Source: Eubacteriales bacterium (GTDB lineage: Bacteria; Bacillota; Clostridia; Oscillospirales; CAG-272). Taken from it: 61,783 nucleotides of DNA. The notes below the pieces were generated by a model. It was not told the origin of the DNA and searched no databases. It worked only from the letters and a program-made list of their open reading frames with translations. Position numbers and translations under genes: made by a program. Within the stretch, counting starts at the first letter, position 1. Each line of letters opens with the position of its first letter. The stretch spans positions 1 to 61,783 of the forward strand of contig JAZQJQ010000086.1 in NCBI GenBank assembly GCA_045541735.1, in the 5' to 3' direction. Shown in pieces: positions 26,129-34,632 of this stretch.

Positions 26129-27084
26129 TTGTTGCCTCCGACGTAAGCGCAAAGGATAATAACGATACCCTCGGCATCGGAGATATATGCAGTCTCCGCA
26201 GAGGTGTGCAGGTACTTGGCAGGTACGGAAATACCGCCTACGGCACATCCTGCGCCCGTGGTCTGCAGGGAAACAGCCTCGCTTGCCGTGTGGCAGTTTA
26301 TCTCAAGCTGATATGCCGTTTTGGATCCTTTCGCCGTGTTTTCCAGCGTTGCCGCAAGTTCTCTGTCGCATACCGTTGCGGCATCCTTCAGCTTGATTGC
26401 CGCTCCCGCTCCCGCCTTGCAGTTTTCCTCGGGGCAGATGCCGATATTTATCGCTATATGGGGGCATACGTTATAAACTGCCGCACACGCACCCTTGAAG
26501 CCTACGGTCTGCCGTCCCGTGAAGGTAAAGTATATATCGTCCTTATTATCCTTGATAAGGGATGCAGTCTTAATAAGGATCGCGCATGCAAGGCGTCCGT
26601 CGATCGCGGTGCCGCATATCTTGTTGCCGTGCTTTACTATGCGGTGCACGGGTGCAAAGAAATCCCCTGCGTTCACCTTCTTTTCCGCATCGGCAGAGCT
26701 CTTTGCGCCTATATCAACGTGCATACGGCGCACGTTGAGGTTGGCGCTGTCCTCGGGGATAAGTATACCCTTTACTCCGTTTTCAAATTCTACCTCGCCG
26801 TAAGCGGCGGAGGTGAGGTCGCATTCTCCGCAGGTATCGAAGCGGATAAGCCCGTTCTTTTCGATATAAGTGGCAACAAAGCCGCTTTCATCCGAGTGCG
26901 CGGAGAGCATTATCTTTTTTCTGTCCTCGCCGTTACCCTTTTTAAGGCAGATAAGATTGCCTACGGGGTCGGAGAACACCTCGTCGCAATAAGGGGCGAT
27001 AAGGGTTTTTATAAGTGCGTTTATCTTTGCTTCGCCCGTTGCAAGGGCGGTAACCGAAAGCAGTTTTTTTAGTGTTGTGTACAT
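26125..27084 (-). CDS. M42-family aminopeptidase paralog (short)
   Basis: LSAHSDESGFVATYIEKNGLIRF metal-ligand region. Confidence 0.75.
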   Translation of the reverse strand: MYTTLKKLLSVTALATGEAKINALIKTLIAPYCDEVFSDPVGNLICLKKGNGEDRKKIMLSAHSDESGFVATYIEKNGLIRFDTCGECDLTSAAYGEVEFENGVKGILIPEDSANLNVRRMHVDIGAKSSADAEKKVNAGDFFAPVHRIVKHGNKICGTAIDGRLACAILIKTASLIKDNKDDIYFTFTGRQTVGFKGACAAVYNVCPHIAINIGICPEENCKAGAGAAIKLKDAATVCDRELAATLENTAKGSKTAYQLEINCHTASEAVSLQTTGAGCAVGGISVPAKYLHTSAETAYISDAEGIVIILCAYVGGNK

Positions 27085-27092
27085 AATTCACC

Positions 27093-28190
27093 TCAATAGT
27101 TATCTATCATATCGGCATTTTCTGCGATAGCGCAGGAAAGCTTGAATACGGAATCATAATCCCTGCTTCCGATAACGCATACCGCGCTGTGTATGTAGCG
27201 GGAGGGGGTGGAAAGTGCAAGCGTGCGTATTCCGCCCGCTGCACGGTGTACCGCGCCCGCATCGTTTCCGCCGGAAACGAATTTTTTAAGCTGTACGGGG
27301 ATATCCTTATCTGCGGCAAGGTCGAAAACGAATTCTCTGAAGCCTCTGTCATATACCGTGCTCTTGTCCATAAAGGATATGGCACCACCTTCGCCCGTAA
27401 TTGCCACCTTAGAGCTTTCGGGTACCCCTGCAATGTCAGATGCGGCGGTACTCTCGAGTATCACGGCGTAATCGGGTCTCAGTCTTTCGCACGCAACGTT
27501 TGCTCCGCTGTTTCCTATCTCCTCGCGCACCGTAAATGCAAGCACAAGATTGACCGGCAGCTCGTCCCACTTTGCGTGGTACTCGCGCGCAAGGCACAGC
27601 ATAACTGCACAGCCTATGCGGTCGTCAATTGCCTTTGCGGCAAGCTTTTTGCCGTTTTCTCCGAAGTATTCAAAGGAGGGATCGAAGGTGCCGAAGCATC
27701 CCGTTTCGATAATTCCCTCAAGCTGTGCTTTGTCCGTTGCACCTACGTCGATAAACATATCGTCGGGTCTCGGGAGTTGTTTTCTCTCGTCTGAGGAGAG
27801 CATATGCACGGGTTTGGTGCTGATAATGCCCTTTACGTCTCTGTTATCAAGCGTGCGTACGGTAACGCGCCTGCCCATAAGCACCGTGGGCATTATGCCG
27901 CCGATATTGGAGAAGTAAAGCAGTCCCTCGTCGCTTACTCCCGTGATAAGAAACCCTACCTCATCCATATGCGCAAAAAACGCAAGAGTCTTCTTTTTTG
28001 GGTCGTTTCCGATATAGGCAAACAGATTGCCGAGACGGTCTGTTTCATACCCTATGCCGATGCCGTCAAGCTCGGCACTTATCATTTCTTTTATTTCCTC
28101 TTCATAACCCGAGGGACCGACGGCAAGGCAAAGCCTTTTAAAAAGCTCGGTATCGGGAGTGAGGCTTTTTGTATCGATGATCGTTCTCAT
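27093..28190 (-). CDS. M42-family aminopeptidase paralog
   Basis: PSGYEEEI...FFAHMDEVGFLITGVSDEGLLYFSNIGG. Confidence 0.85.
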   Translation of the reverse strand: MRTIIDTKSLTPDTELFKRLCLAVGPSGYEEEIKEMISAELDGIGIGYETDRLGNLFAYIGNDPKKKTLAFFAHMDEVGFLITGVSDEGLLYFSNIGGIMPTVLMGRRVTVRTLDNRDVKGIISTKPVHMLSSDERKQLPRPDDMFIDVGATDKAQLEGIIETGCFGTFDPSFEYFGENGKKLAAKAIDDRIGCAVMLCLAREYHAKWDELPVNLVLAFTVREEIGNSGANVACERLRPDYAVILESTAASDIAGVPESSKVAITGEGGAISFMDKSTVYDRGFREFVFDLAADKDIPVQLKKFVSGGNDAGAVHRAAGGIRTLALSTPSRYIHSAVCVIGSRDYDSVFKLSCAIAENADMIDNY

Positions 28191-29225
28191 TCACTCACCT
28201 CTCTCCGCAAATTCCTTGATAAGAACAGCGGCGTTCGTAAGGTCGTTGATATCAACTATCTCCTCTGCGGTGTGCATACCCGAGAGAGGAATACCCATAA
28301 GCACACATGGAACGCCGACTCCCGAGATGTTCAGCACGTCCGTATCCGTGCCTGTTCTGCCGGCGTAGGCTATCTTCTGCACGGGGATATTTAGGCAGTC
28401 CGCTATCTCCTTTATACGGGCAGTTAAGTATTTGTCGCACACTGGGCTTGCCGTAAGGCTGGGACCCTTTCCGCGCTTGACCGTTTTATCCTCTCGGATG
28501 CCGGGAAATGCGGCAAATTCCGCATCAAGCACTATTGCAATATCGGGGGCAATGTCAAAGCCTCCCGTTCTGCCGCCAACACATCCTACCTCTTCTCTTG
28601 CGGCGAGGTGGAGAAACACATCGTATTTAAGCTTTTTTCTGTCCGTTGCGGCAAGTCCCGCGATAGCTGCGGCACAGCTTGCCTTGTTATCAAAGCCGTG
28701 TCCGCTTACTGCATCGAACATCAGGTCACAGCATTCGCTTGCAAAGCCGCAAAGCGTGCCGGCTCTTACGACCTCGTTTGCTTCATTGCCGAGCGAGGTA
28801 TCAAGCAGCAGGGAAGAGAGCTCGGGCGCTCCGCCTGCCTTCGTTCTGTCCTGCAAGTGGGGCGGAGTGGAAGCAAAGTATGCGGGTACGGTACGCGTGC
28901 CGTATACGTTTATTTTTGCCGCAGGCAGAATGCGCGTGTCTATACCGCCGACGTTTGTAACTGCAAGAAAGCCGTCCTCCAGCACCTTTGTTACCATAAA
29001 TCCCACTTCGTCAAAATGCGTGTCGATAAGCAGCTTAGGTGCGTTCGGTATTTCACTTTTTATGCCGAAGATATGTCCTCCGCAGGTCTCCTTGCGGTAA
29101 AAATCAAAATATTCGCCGATAAGCTCGCACAGCTTATCGCCCGCATCTCCCTCCATTCCCGAAACAGAAGGGATCTTACAGAGGGAAAACAGCAGTTTTT
29201 TTAATTCTGTGTTGTTAAGTTCCAT
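28191..29225 (-). CDS. M42-family aminopeptidase paralog
   Basis: IPSVSGMEGD...LIDTHFDEVGFMVTKVLEDGFLAVTNVGG. Confidence 0.85.
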   Translation of the reverse strand: MELNNTELKKLLFSLCKIPSVSGMEGDAGDKLCELIGEYFDFYRKETCGGHIFGIKSEIPNAPKLLIDTHFDEVGFMVTKVLEDGFLAVTNVGGIDTRILPAAKINVYGTRTVPAYFASTPPHLQDRTKAGGAPELSSLLLDTSLGNEANEVVRAGTLCGFASECCDLMFDAVSGHGFDNKASCAAAIAGLAATDRKKLKYDVFLHLAAREEVGCVGGRTGGFDIAPDIAIVLDAEFAAFPGIREDKTVKRGKGPSLTASPVCDKYLTARIKEIADCLNIPVQKIAYAGRTGTDTDVLNISGVGVPCVLMGIPLSGMHTAEEIVDINDLTNAAVLIKEFAERGE

Positions 29226-29245
29226 ATTTACTCCTGTATGTTGTT

Positions 29246-29268
29246 GGGCGAACGCAATTCGCCCTTAC
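29246..29268 (-). repeat. Single REP-like hairpin (family R, copy R6, GTAA head)
   Basis: The minus strand reads gtaa-gggcgaa-ttgcg-ttcgccc. Lies between the murD stop and the M42 start. Confidence 0.55.
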
Positions 29269-29270
29269 TG

Positions 29271-30722
29271 TCAAAGGTTTTGTATCAACTCTTTGAAGTG
29301 GCGTCCGCGCACCTCGAAATTTGGGAAGGCATCAAAGCTTGCGCAAGCCGGGGAAAGGATAACTCTGTCGCCTTCCCTTGCAAGAGCGCTTGCGGCATAT
29401 ACCGCCTTGTCAAATTCCGGCTCGCTGAGTATTACAAGTCCGCTTGTTTTGGTAAGGGGGCAGTTTTCAAGCGCTGCAGCTATCTTGGGACCTGCCTCGC
29501 CCGTAAGTACCACGGCTTTTGCTTTCAGATTAAGGTTTTCAGCAAGCGGGTCAAAGGGAATGTTTTTATCCGAACCGCCGCAGATAAGTATGCTGTTTTT
29601 ATCCTTAAAGGTGGAAAGAGCCGCCGCCGTGCGCGTGGGACTTGAATCTATAGAGCTGTTGTAGTAACGCACGCCGTCCCTTTCGCGGACAAGCTCGAGG
29701 CGGTGTTCAACTCCGCCGAAGACGGGCGCTATGCTTGCCATCGCTTTTTTCACCGTTTCGGGACTGTATCCGCAGGCGATGGTTGCGGCACACGCCGCCA
29801 TATAGTTTTCGCGGTTATGCTTGCCGGGGAGAAGAATATCCTTTTCTTCAAACAGCGCAAACGGCTTTTTTCCTTCGGCTTCGTAATATATCACGCCGTC
29901 CTCAAGCCAGATACGGTCGTCACCCTTATCGGGGCGCTTATCGGAGGAAAACAGCGTTACGCTCGTGCGGGATCCTTCGCTCGAGGATGACAGCGCCTCG
30001 GCAAGGGAAGCGCAAATTGCGTTCTCCGCGTTGGTTACAAGGGTCCTGCACTCGCTGTGGCGGAAGATATTCGTTTTTGCCGCAACGTATTCGTCCATAT
30101 CGGTATGCCAGTTAAGGTGATTGGGCGAAAGATTTGTTATAACTGCAACGTCAGTACTGCGCTGCGCGCTCTGAAGCTGAAAGCTGGAAAGCTCGCATAC
30201 GGCGATATCACCCTCGCAAAGCTCTTTTGTCAGCGGAATGAGCGGAATTCCGATATTACCGCCGATAAAGGCGTGCCTTTTTTCGTTTTCAAGCTTTGCT
30301 GACTCGCCTATAAGCAGGTGCGTAAGCGTTGTAGTAGTGGTCTTTCCGTCGCTTCCCGTGATACCAACGGTAAAAGCGGGACATATCTCCATAAATAGCT
30401 CTGCCTCGCAGGTTATAACAGCGCCTTTTTCTTTTGCGTTTGCGAATGCGGGAATATCGGGCCGCAGACCCGGTGCGCGGAATATTACCGCCTCGTTAAG
30501 ATCGTTCAGATACTCTGTGCCGCAAATAAGTGTGCCGCCCGCTTTTTCAAGCTCGGCTATCTTTGGGGAAAGCTTATCTCTTTCCTTTGCGTCGCGCAGG
30601 GTGATATTGCCGCCGAGCGAAATGAGATACTCGGCAAGCGGTACGTTCGATACACCCATACCGACTATGGCACAGCCGCCGTTTTTTGCGGCTTCAAGCA
30701 GTTTTTTTCCCTTCTCGGTCAC
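29271..30722 (-). CDS. murD: UDP-N-acetylmuramoylalanine--D-glutamate ligase
   Basis: GITGSDGKTTTTTL P-loop and Mur ligase architecture. GTG start with GGAGG 5 nt upstream. Confidence 0.9.
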   Translation of the reverse strand: MTEKGKKLLEAAKNGGCAIVGMGVSNVPLAEYLISLGGNITLRDAKERDKLSPKIAELEKAGGTLICGTEYLNDLNEAVIFRAPGLRPDIPAFANAKEKGAVITCEAELFMEICPAFTVGITGSDGKTTTTTLTHLLIGESAKLENEKRHAFIGGNIGIPLIPLTKELCEGDIAVCELSSFQLQSAQRSTDVAVITNLSPNHLNWHTDMDEYVAAKTNIFRHSECRTLVTNAENAICASLAEALSSSSEGSRTSVTLFSSDKRPDKGDDRIWLEDGVIYYEAEGKKPFALFEEKDILLPGKHNRENYMAACAATIACGYSPETVKKAMASIAPVFGGVEHRLELVRERDGVRYYNSSIDSSPTRTAAALSTFKDKNSILICGGSDKNIPFDPLAENLNLKAKAVVLTGEAGPKIAAALENCPLTKTSGLVILSEPEFDKAVYAASALAREGDRVILSPACASFDAFPNFEVRGRHFKELIQNL

Positions 30723-30851
30723 TTCTGCCTCCGGTAAGATACAGTATAATATTATATTATACTATTATACTTTGATTACCGCAATAGTGCGGACGCAAAA
30801 TTTATAAAAAAGTCATAATTTCAGGGCGGCTCGAGTATAAATGTAGCGAAT

Positions 30852-31394
30852 ATGAGCTTTATTGAAGTGTTTTTTATATCCGTCGGTCTTGCGGCGGATG
30901 CGTTTGCCGGTGCTTTGGTACGCGGCCTTAATATGAGACGGGTGAGTGTTTTATCCGCAGCGGCGACGGCAGCTGTGTTCGGCATTTTTCAAGGGATAAT
31001 GCCGCTCTTCGGATATCTTGCGGGAAACGCATTTTCGGAGTACGTGGGCGCGTGGAATAATTACGTTGCCGCCGCGCTGCTCGCTGCTATCGGATTGAAT
31101 ATGATAAAGAACTCGTTTGCCTCGGAGAATGAGGAAACGGACCTCGGCACAGGCTCGCTTTTTGCCGTCGGATTTGCAACAAGCGTGGATGCCTGCGCCG
31201 CAGGTATCAGCTTTGCATTAAACGGCGCAGTGCGCGTTTTGCCTGCGTGTTGTGTTATCGCGCTTACCACGTTTATTATTTCCCTCGCCGGAGTTATGCT
31301 CGGCTCGAAGCTCGGTGAAAAATATAACCGCCGTGCGGAGCGTGCGGGAGGCGGGATATTGATAGCAATGGGTGTCCGCTTTTTGCTGTCTTGA
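30852..31394 (+). CDS. mntP: Manganese efflux pump MntP
   Basis: 180 aa, 6 TM, with duplicated DAFA-type motif (GLAADAFAGAL / SVDACAAGISF). Confidence 0.8.
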   Translation: MSFIEVFFISVGLAADAFAGALVRGLNMRRVSVLSAAATAAVFGIFQGIMPLFGYLAGNAFSEYVGAWNNYVAAALLAAIGLNMIKNSFASENEETDLGTGSLFAVGFATSVDACAAGISFALNGAVRVLPACCVIALTTFIISLAGVMLGSKLGEKYNRRAERAGGGILIAMGVRFLLS

Positions 31395-31444
31395 GCGGGG
31401 AGCGAGCCGAGGGGGAGCCTTGGGAAGAGCTTGAGCATATAACG

Positions 31445-31501
31445 AAAACCGCCTGCCGGGATCCTTCGCTTCGCTCGAGGATGACGGGAAAGGCGGTTTT
31501 T
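31445..31501 (+). repeat. Family B element, copy B5 (bidirectional terminator)
   Basis: aaaaccgcctgcc-gg-gatccttcgcttcgctcgaggatgac-ggg-aaaggcggttttt. Core at 31460-31485. Confidence 0.85.
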
Positions 31502-31505
31502 CTGA

Positions 31506-31871
31506 TTATATCTTTTTTACATAGACCCGTTTATTTAGTTTTTCCGCTGTGTCTATCATATTTTTAGTGCCTCTGGAGTGTCCGTCCCAAAATGCAATTA
31601 CCGCATCAGCATCGTTTGCCATTTGTAAATTACGCTTTGGCCCCGCTCCCTTGCCGTATCTTGCCCATTCTGCGGGATATAATTGGATTTCATATCCGTT
31701 CGATTTTGCATAATCTTCTGCCATTGCATCAACGCCGGAGCAATGCCCCGATAAGATGATTACTTTATGACCTTTATTTATTTCTGCAAGACAATTATCA
31801 ACAAATTTGATAAAAACATTCTTGTCATTATATTCTCTGCATCCGCAGATTGCGATATTAAGTTCTGTCAT
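31506..31871 (-). CDS. SLOG-superfamily protein (DUF2493 / YspA-like)
   Basis: 121 aa. Rossmann-like pattern IAICGCREY..., ILSGHCSGVDAMAEDYA, AFWDGHSRGTKNMI, as I recall for DprA/LOG-related DUF2493. Low GC. Confidence 0.6.
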   Translation of the reverse strand: MTELNIAICGCREYNDKNVFIKFVDNCLAEINKGHKVIILSGHCSGVDAMAEDYAKSNGYEIQLYPAEWARYGKGAGPKRNLQMANDADAVIAFWDGHSRGTKNMIDTAEKLNKRVYVKKI

Positions 31872-31985
31872 AGTCGTCCTCTAAAATTCTAAATTGGAAT
31901 TATTTAATTATATTTCCGCTTCGGAATTATGTCAAGAGCAACTGCCAATATAATGAATGTAATAGAAGTATATCGGGGGTGCACT

Positions 31986-32228
31986 ATGAAGCTGAGGAAG
32001 CAAGAATACGGAGACCGCAATATGGTTGGAAAGACTATTGAACGCCTGCGCAAGGAAAAGGGGATAAAGCAAAAGGATTTCATTTCGCGTATGCAGACGA
32101 TGGGCTGTGATATTAATCCGACAAGTTTTTCAAAGCTTGAGGGGCAAGTGCGCGCCGCGACGGACAGGGAATTGTATTTTGCGGCAAAGATTCTCGGCGT
32201 GAAGGTAGACGAGCTCTTTAACGATTGA
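31986..32228 (+). CDS. XRE-family helix-turn-helix transcriptional regulator
   Basis: 80 aa starting at MKLRKQEYG. HTH is IERLRKEKGIKQKDFISRM. Divergent from the SLOG gene. Confidence 0.7.
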   Translation: MKLRKQEYGDRNMVGKTIERLRKEKGIKQKDFISRMQTMGCDINPTSFSKLEGQVRAATDRELYFAAKILGVKVDELFND

Positions 32229-32256
32229 TTAAAGTTTGTAATTTGTAATATAATAG

Positions 32257-32311
32257 AAAACCGCCTGCAGGATCCTTCGCTTCGCTCGAGGATGACGGAC
32301 AGGCGGTTTTT
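32257..32311 (+). repeat. Family B element, copy B6
   Basis: aaaaccgcctgc-ag-gatccttcgcttcgctcgaggatgac-gga-caggcggttttt. Core at 32271-32296 is identical to B5. An AT-rich arm follows at 32313-32354. Confidence 0.85.
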
Positions 32312-32378
32312 ACCTTAATTATTCTTTTACGTTATTCATCATTCATTATTCATTAGCATCTCCGCTCGGAGATGCATT

Positions 32379-33110
32379 TTAAGCTCTTGCGGCGAATACG
32401 GCGCCGATCAGTTCCGCGGCACCGAGGGCGGATAGTATCTTTGCGCAAGCGGCAAGTGAAGCGCCGGAGGTAAGGATATCGTCGCATATTATGTATCGCT
32501 TGCCCGTCGCGGCAACGCCGTCGCTCGGCAAAAGGGTATTTGCCGCGTTTTTGGTCCTCTCCTTGCGGGTAAGTCCCTTTTGCTCGCGTGCATCGGGCGT
32601 GCGGCAGAATACTTCCTCCCACTCAAGACCGAGTTCCGTTGCAACAAGGCGGCTTATCTCACGAGCGTGGTCAAAACCGTAATCTCTTACCGATGCATCC
32701 TTGCGCGGAACGTATGTTACGGTAAAGCCTTCAAGCGGGTAAGCCATTCTTTTGAGTGATGCCGCCATCTCACGTGCGGCGAAAAGGCGGTAGGAACGTA
32801 CGTTTCTGCGCTTCATTGTAAACAGAAGCGCAAGCTCGGGAGCGCTTTTTCGGTCGGGATAATAGGGGCACACCTTAGAAACGCGGTACATCCCGGCGCG
32901 CACAAGCTCTTCGCTTACACAGGTGCAATGCATCATTTCTTTGCCGCAATGCCTGCACGGGCGCAGCTTTGCCGCCGCAAATTCCTTGTGGCAGCTTTCG
33001 CAGAATGCACCGTAGCGGGATGGTATAGGCGTTTTGCAAGATACGCATAACGGAGGAAACAGCAGATCCGCAAGTGCGTTGATGCGCGATCTCAGTTTAT
33101 CTGTCTTCAT
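32379..33110 (-). CDS. comFC: ComF family protein (ComFC-like phosphoribosyltransferase with N-terminal Zn finger)
   Basis: CxxC...CxxC N-terminus and PRT motif YIICDDILTSGASL. Confidence 0.8.
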   Translation of the reverse strand: MKTDKLRSRINALADLLFPPLCVSCKTPIPSRYGAFCESCHKEFAAAKLRPCRHCGKEMMHCTCVSEELVRAGMYRVSKVCPYYPDRKSAPELALLFTMKRRNVRSYRLFAAREMAASLKRMAYPLEGFTVTYVPRKDASVRDYGFDHAREISRLVATELGLEWEEVFCRTPDAREQKGLTRKERTKNAANTLLPSDGVAATGKRYIICDDILTSGASLAACAKILSALGAAELIGAVFAARA

Positions 33111-34629
33111 TCAGGGCGTGTCCGAGCACCTCGGCGGCGGCAGAGGCAAGCTCACCCGTGAGGTAGCCGTATTCGGAGTATTTTTCCTTTAAAAGATCAC
33201 CGGCGGCACCGTGCAGATATGCGGCGCACGCGGCGGCATCGAATGCGCTCTTTCCTTGGGCAAGTATGCCTGCGCACATGCCCGCAAGCACGTCTCCGCT
33301 TCCACCCTTGGCAAGACCGGGGTTGCCCGTGGCATTAAGGCACACGCGCCCGTCGGGGGCGGCTGTTACGGTGTCCGCGCCCTTTAAAAGAAGCACAGTG
33401 TTCTTTTCGGCGGCAAAAGTCTTTGCAATTGAATAACGGCTCGCGCCTATCTCCTCGGTGCCGTATCCCGTAAGTCGGGAGAACTCCTTTGGGTGCGGCG
33501 TGATGATCATATCGCGGTCTGCCTTTTCAAATCCAATAACGGAGAGTGCGTTTATCGCATCCGCGTCAAGCACAAGGCGTGTATTCTCTGCATTGCAAAG
33601 CTCGCGCACCAGGCTCTGAGTTCCTTCATTGTTTCCGAGTCCGCATCCGCAAAGCACGGCGGATGCACCTTTGATGCGGGAAATTATTTTATCTTTATCT
33701 GCCTCGCTCCAAACGGAGGAGTCGGGTACTTCGGTATATATCGCTTCCGGAAACGCGGAGGCACAGCAGGCTATAACGCTTTTTGGCGCAACAAGCTCGC
33801 AAAGTCCGGGCCCCATTCTGAGAGCTCCGGAAAGAGCAAGCCTTGCAGCTCCGGGCATCGCATCGGAGCCGCATATAAGTACGCACCGGCCATAGGTCCC
33901 CTTGTGGCTGTCCGCGCTTCGCTTGATAAATACCTTTCTGATGGCTTCCTTGTCGCATACCGTGTCGGTAAAGCTGTATTCCGCTTCAATGGAGCGGTAA
34001 TCCATACCGATATCGCATACCTCTATCCTTCCGCAGTAAGCGCGTGCGGGAAGCAGGTAGATGCCGCGCATAGGGTAGGACATACATACCGTCATATCTG
34101 CGATGAACGCGGTGCCTTCTACCGTGCCGTGCAGAGGATCGATCCCGGAGGGGCAGTCGATAGATACCTTGTATGCTCCGCTCTCAGCTGCAGTGCGCAT
34201 AGGCTCGCTAAGCTCCTCAGGGAGAGCCCCGTGAAATCCCGTGCCGAATACCGCATCTATAATAACGTCGCAGTCCGATATTGCTTTTTCGAATCTTTCT
34301 CCCATATCCAGGGGAAGCATCTTACATCCTGCCGAGCGAGCCTTGTGCATAAAATGGCTTGCCGCATCCGTGCGCTTCTTTTTGGGAAGGTAATTAAAAA
34401 CGGTAACGTCCCATCCCTGCAGGCGCAGTTCCTCGGCGATGACGTATCCGTCGCCGCCGTTGTTGCCGGTACCGCACAAAATAACGGCACGCCCGCCTGT
34501 GATCTTCCCCTCAATAGCCGAAACGGCGCAAAGACCCGCGTTGTACATAAGGGTCCTTTCGCCGTTTTGCTGAAGCTTTGCCTGATCGGCATCTATTTTT
34601 CTCATTAATTCGGGCGTTATTGCGTACAT
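33097..34629 (-). CDS. nnr: Bifunctional NAD(P)H-hydrate repair enzyme Nnr (epimerase/dehydratase)
   Basis: GTGNNGGDG (YjeF_N) and GSGDVLAG (carbohydrate-kinase-like C domain). Confidence 0.9.
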   Translation of the reverse strand: MYAITPELMRKIDADQAKLQQNGERTLMYNAGLCAVSAIEGKITGGRAVILCGTGNNGGDGYVIAEELRLQGWDVTVFNYLPKKKRTDAASHFMHKARSAGCKMLPLDMGERFEKAISDCDVIIDAVFGTGFHGALPEELSEPMRTAAESGAYKVSIDCPSGIDPLHGTVEGTAFIADMTVCMSYPMRGIYLLPARAYCGRIEVCDIGMDYRSIEAEYSFTDTVCDKEAIRKVFIKRSADSHKGTYGRCVLICGSDAMPGAARLALSGALRMGPGLCELVAPKSVIACCASAFPEAIYTEVPDSSVWSEADKDKIISRIKGASAVLCGCGLGNNEGTQSLVRELCNAENTRLVLDADAINALSVIGFEKADRDMIITPHPKEFSRLTGYGTEEIGASRYSIAKTFAAEKNTVLLLKGADTVTAAPDGRVCLNATGNPGLAKGGSGDVLAGMCAGILAQGKSAFDAAACAAYLHGAAGDLLKEKYSEYGYLTGELASAAAEVLGHALNEDR

Positions 34630-34632
34630 AGC

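Noticed and set aside
26032-27072. 346-aa plus-strand ORF, and similar long ORFs at 33493-34608, 44122-44958, 21144-21986, 1829-2725 and 2846-3757
   Set aside because: All lie antisense to genes with strong family signatures. I treated them as shadow ORFs.
30723-30851. Possible yybP-ykoY (Mn2+) riboswitch upstream of mntP
   Set aside because: Only 129 nt are available, and they are AT-rich with tataat-like repeats. I could not find the conserved GGGGAGUAG-type core or the four-helix layout. This needs an Infernal scan to be certain.
32356-32376. Hairpin gcatctccg-ctc-ggagatgc next to the comFC stop as a terminator
   Set aside because: It has a good stem but no clear U-run in the comFC direction. 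It may simply be part of the repeat-rich flank of B6.
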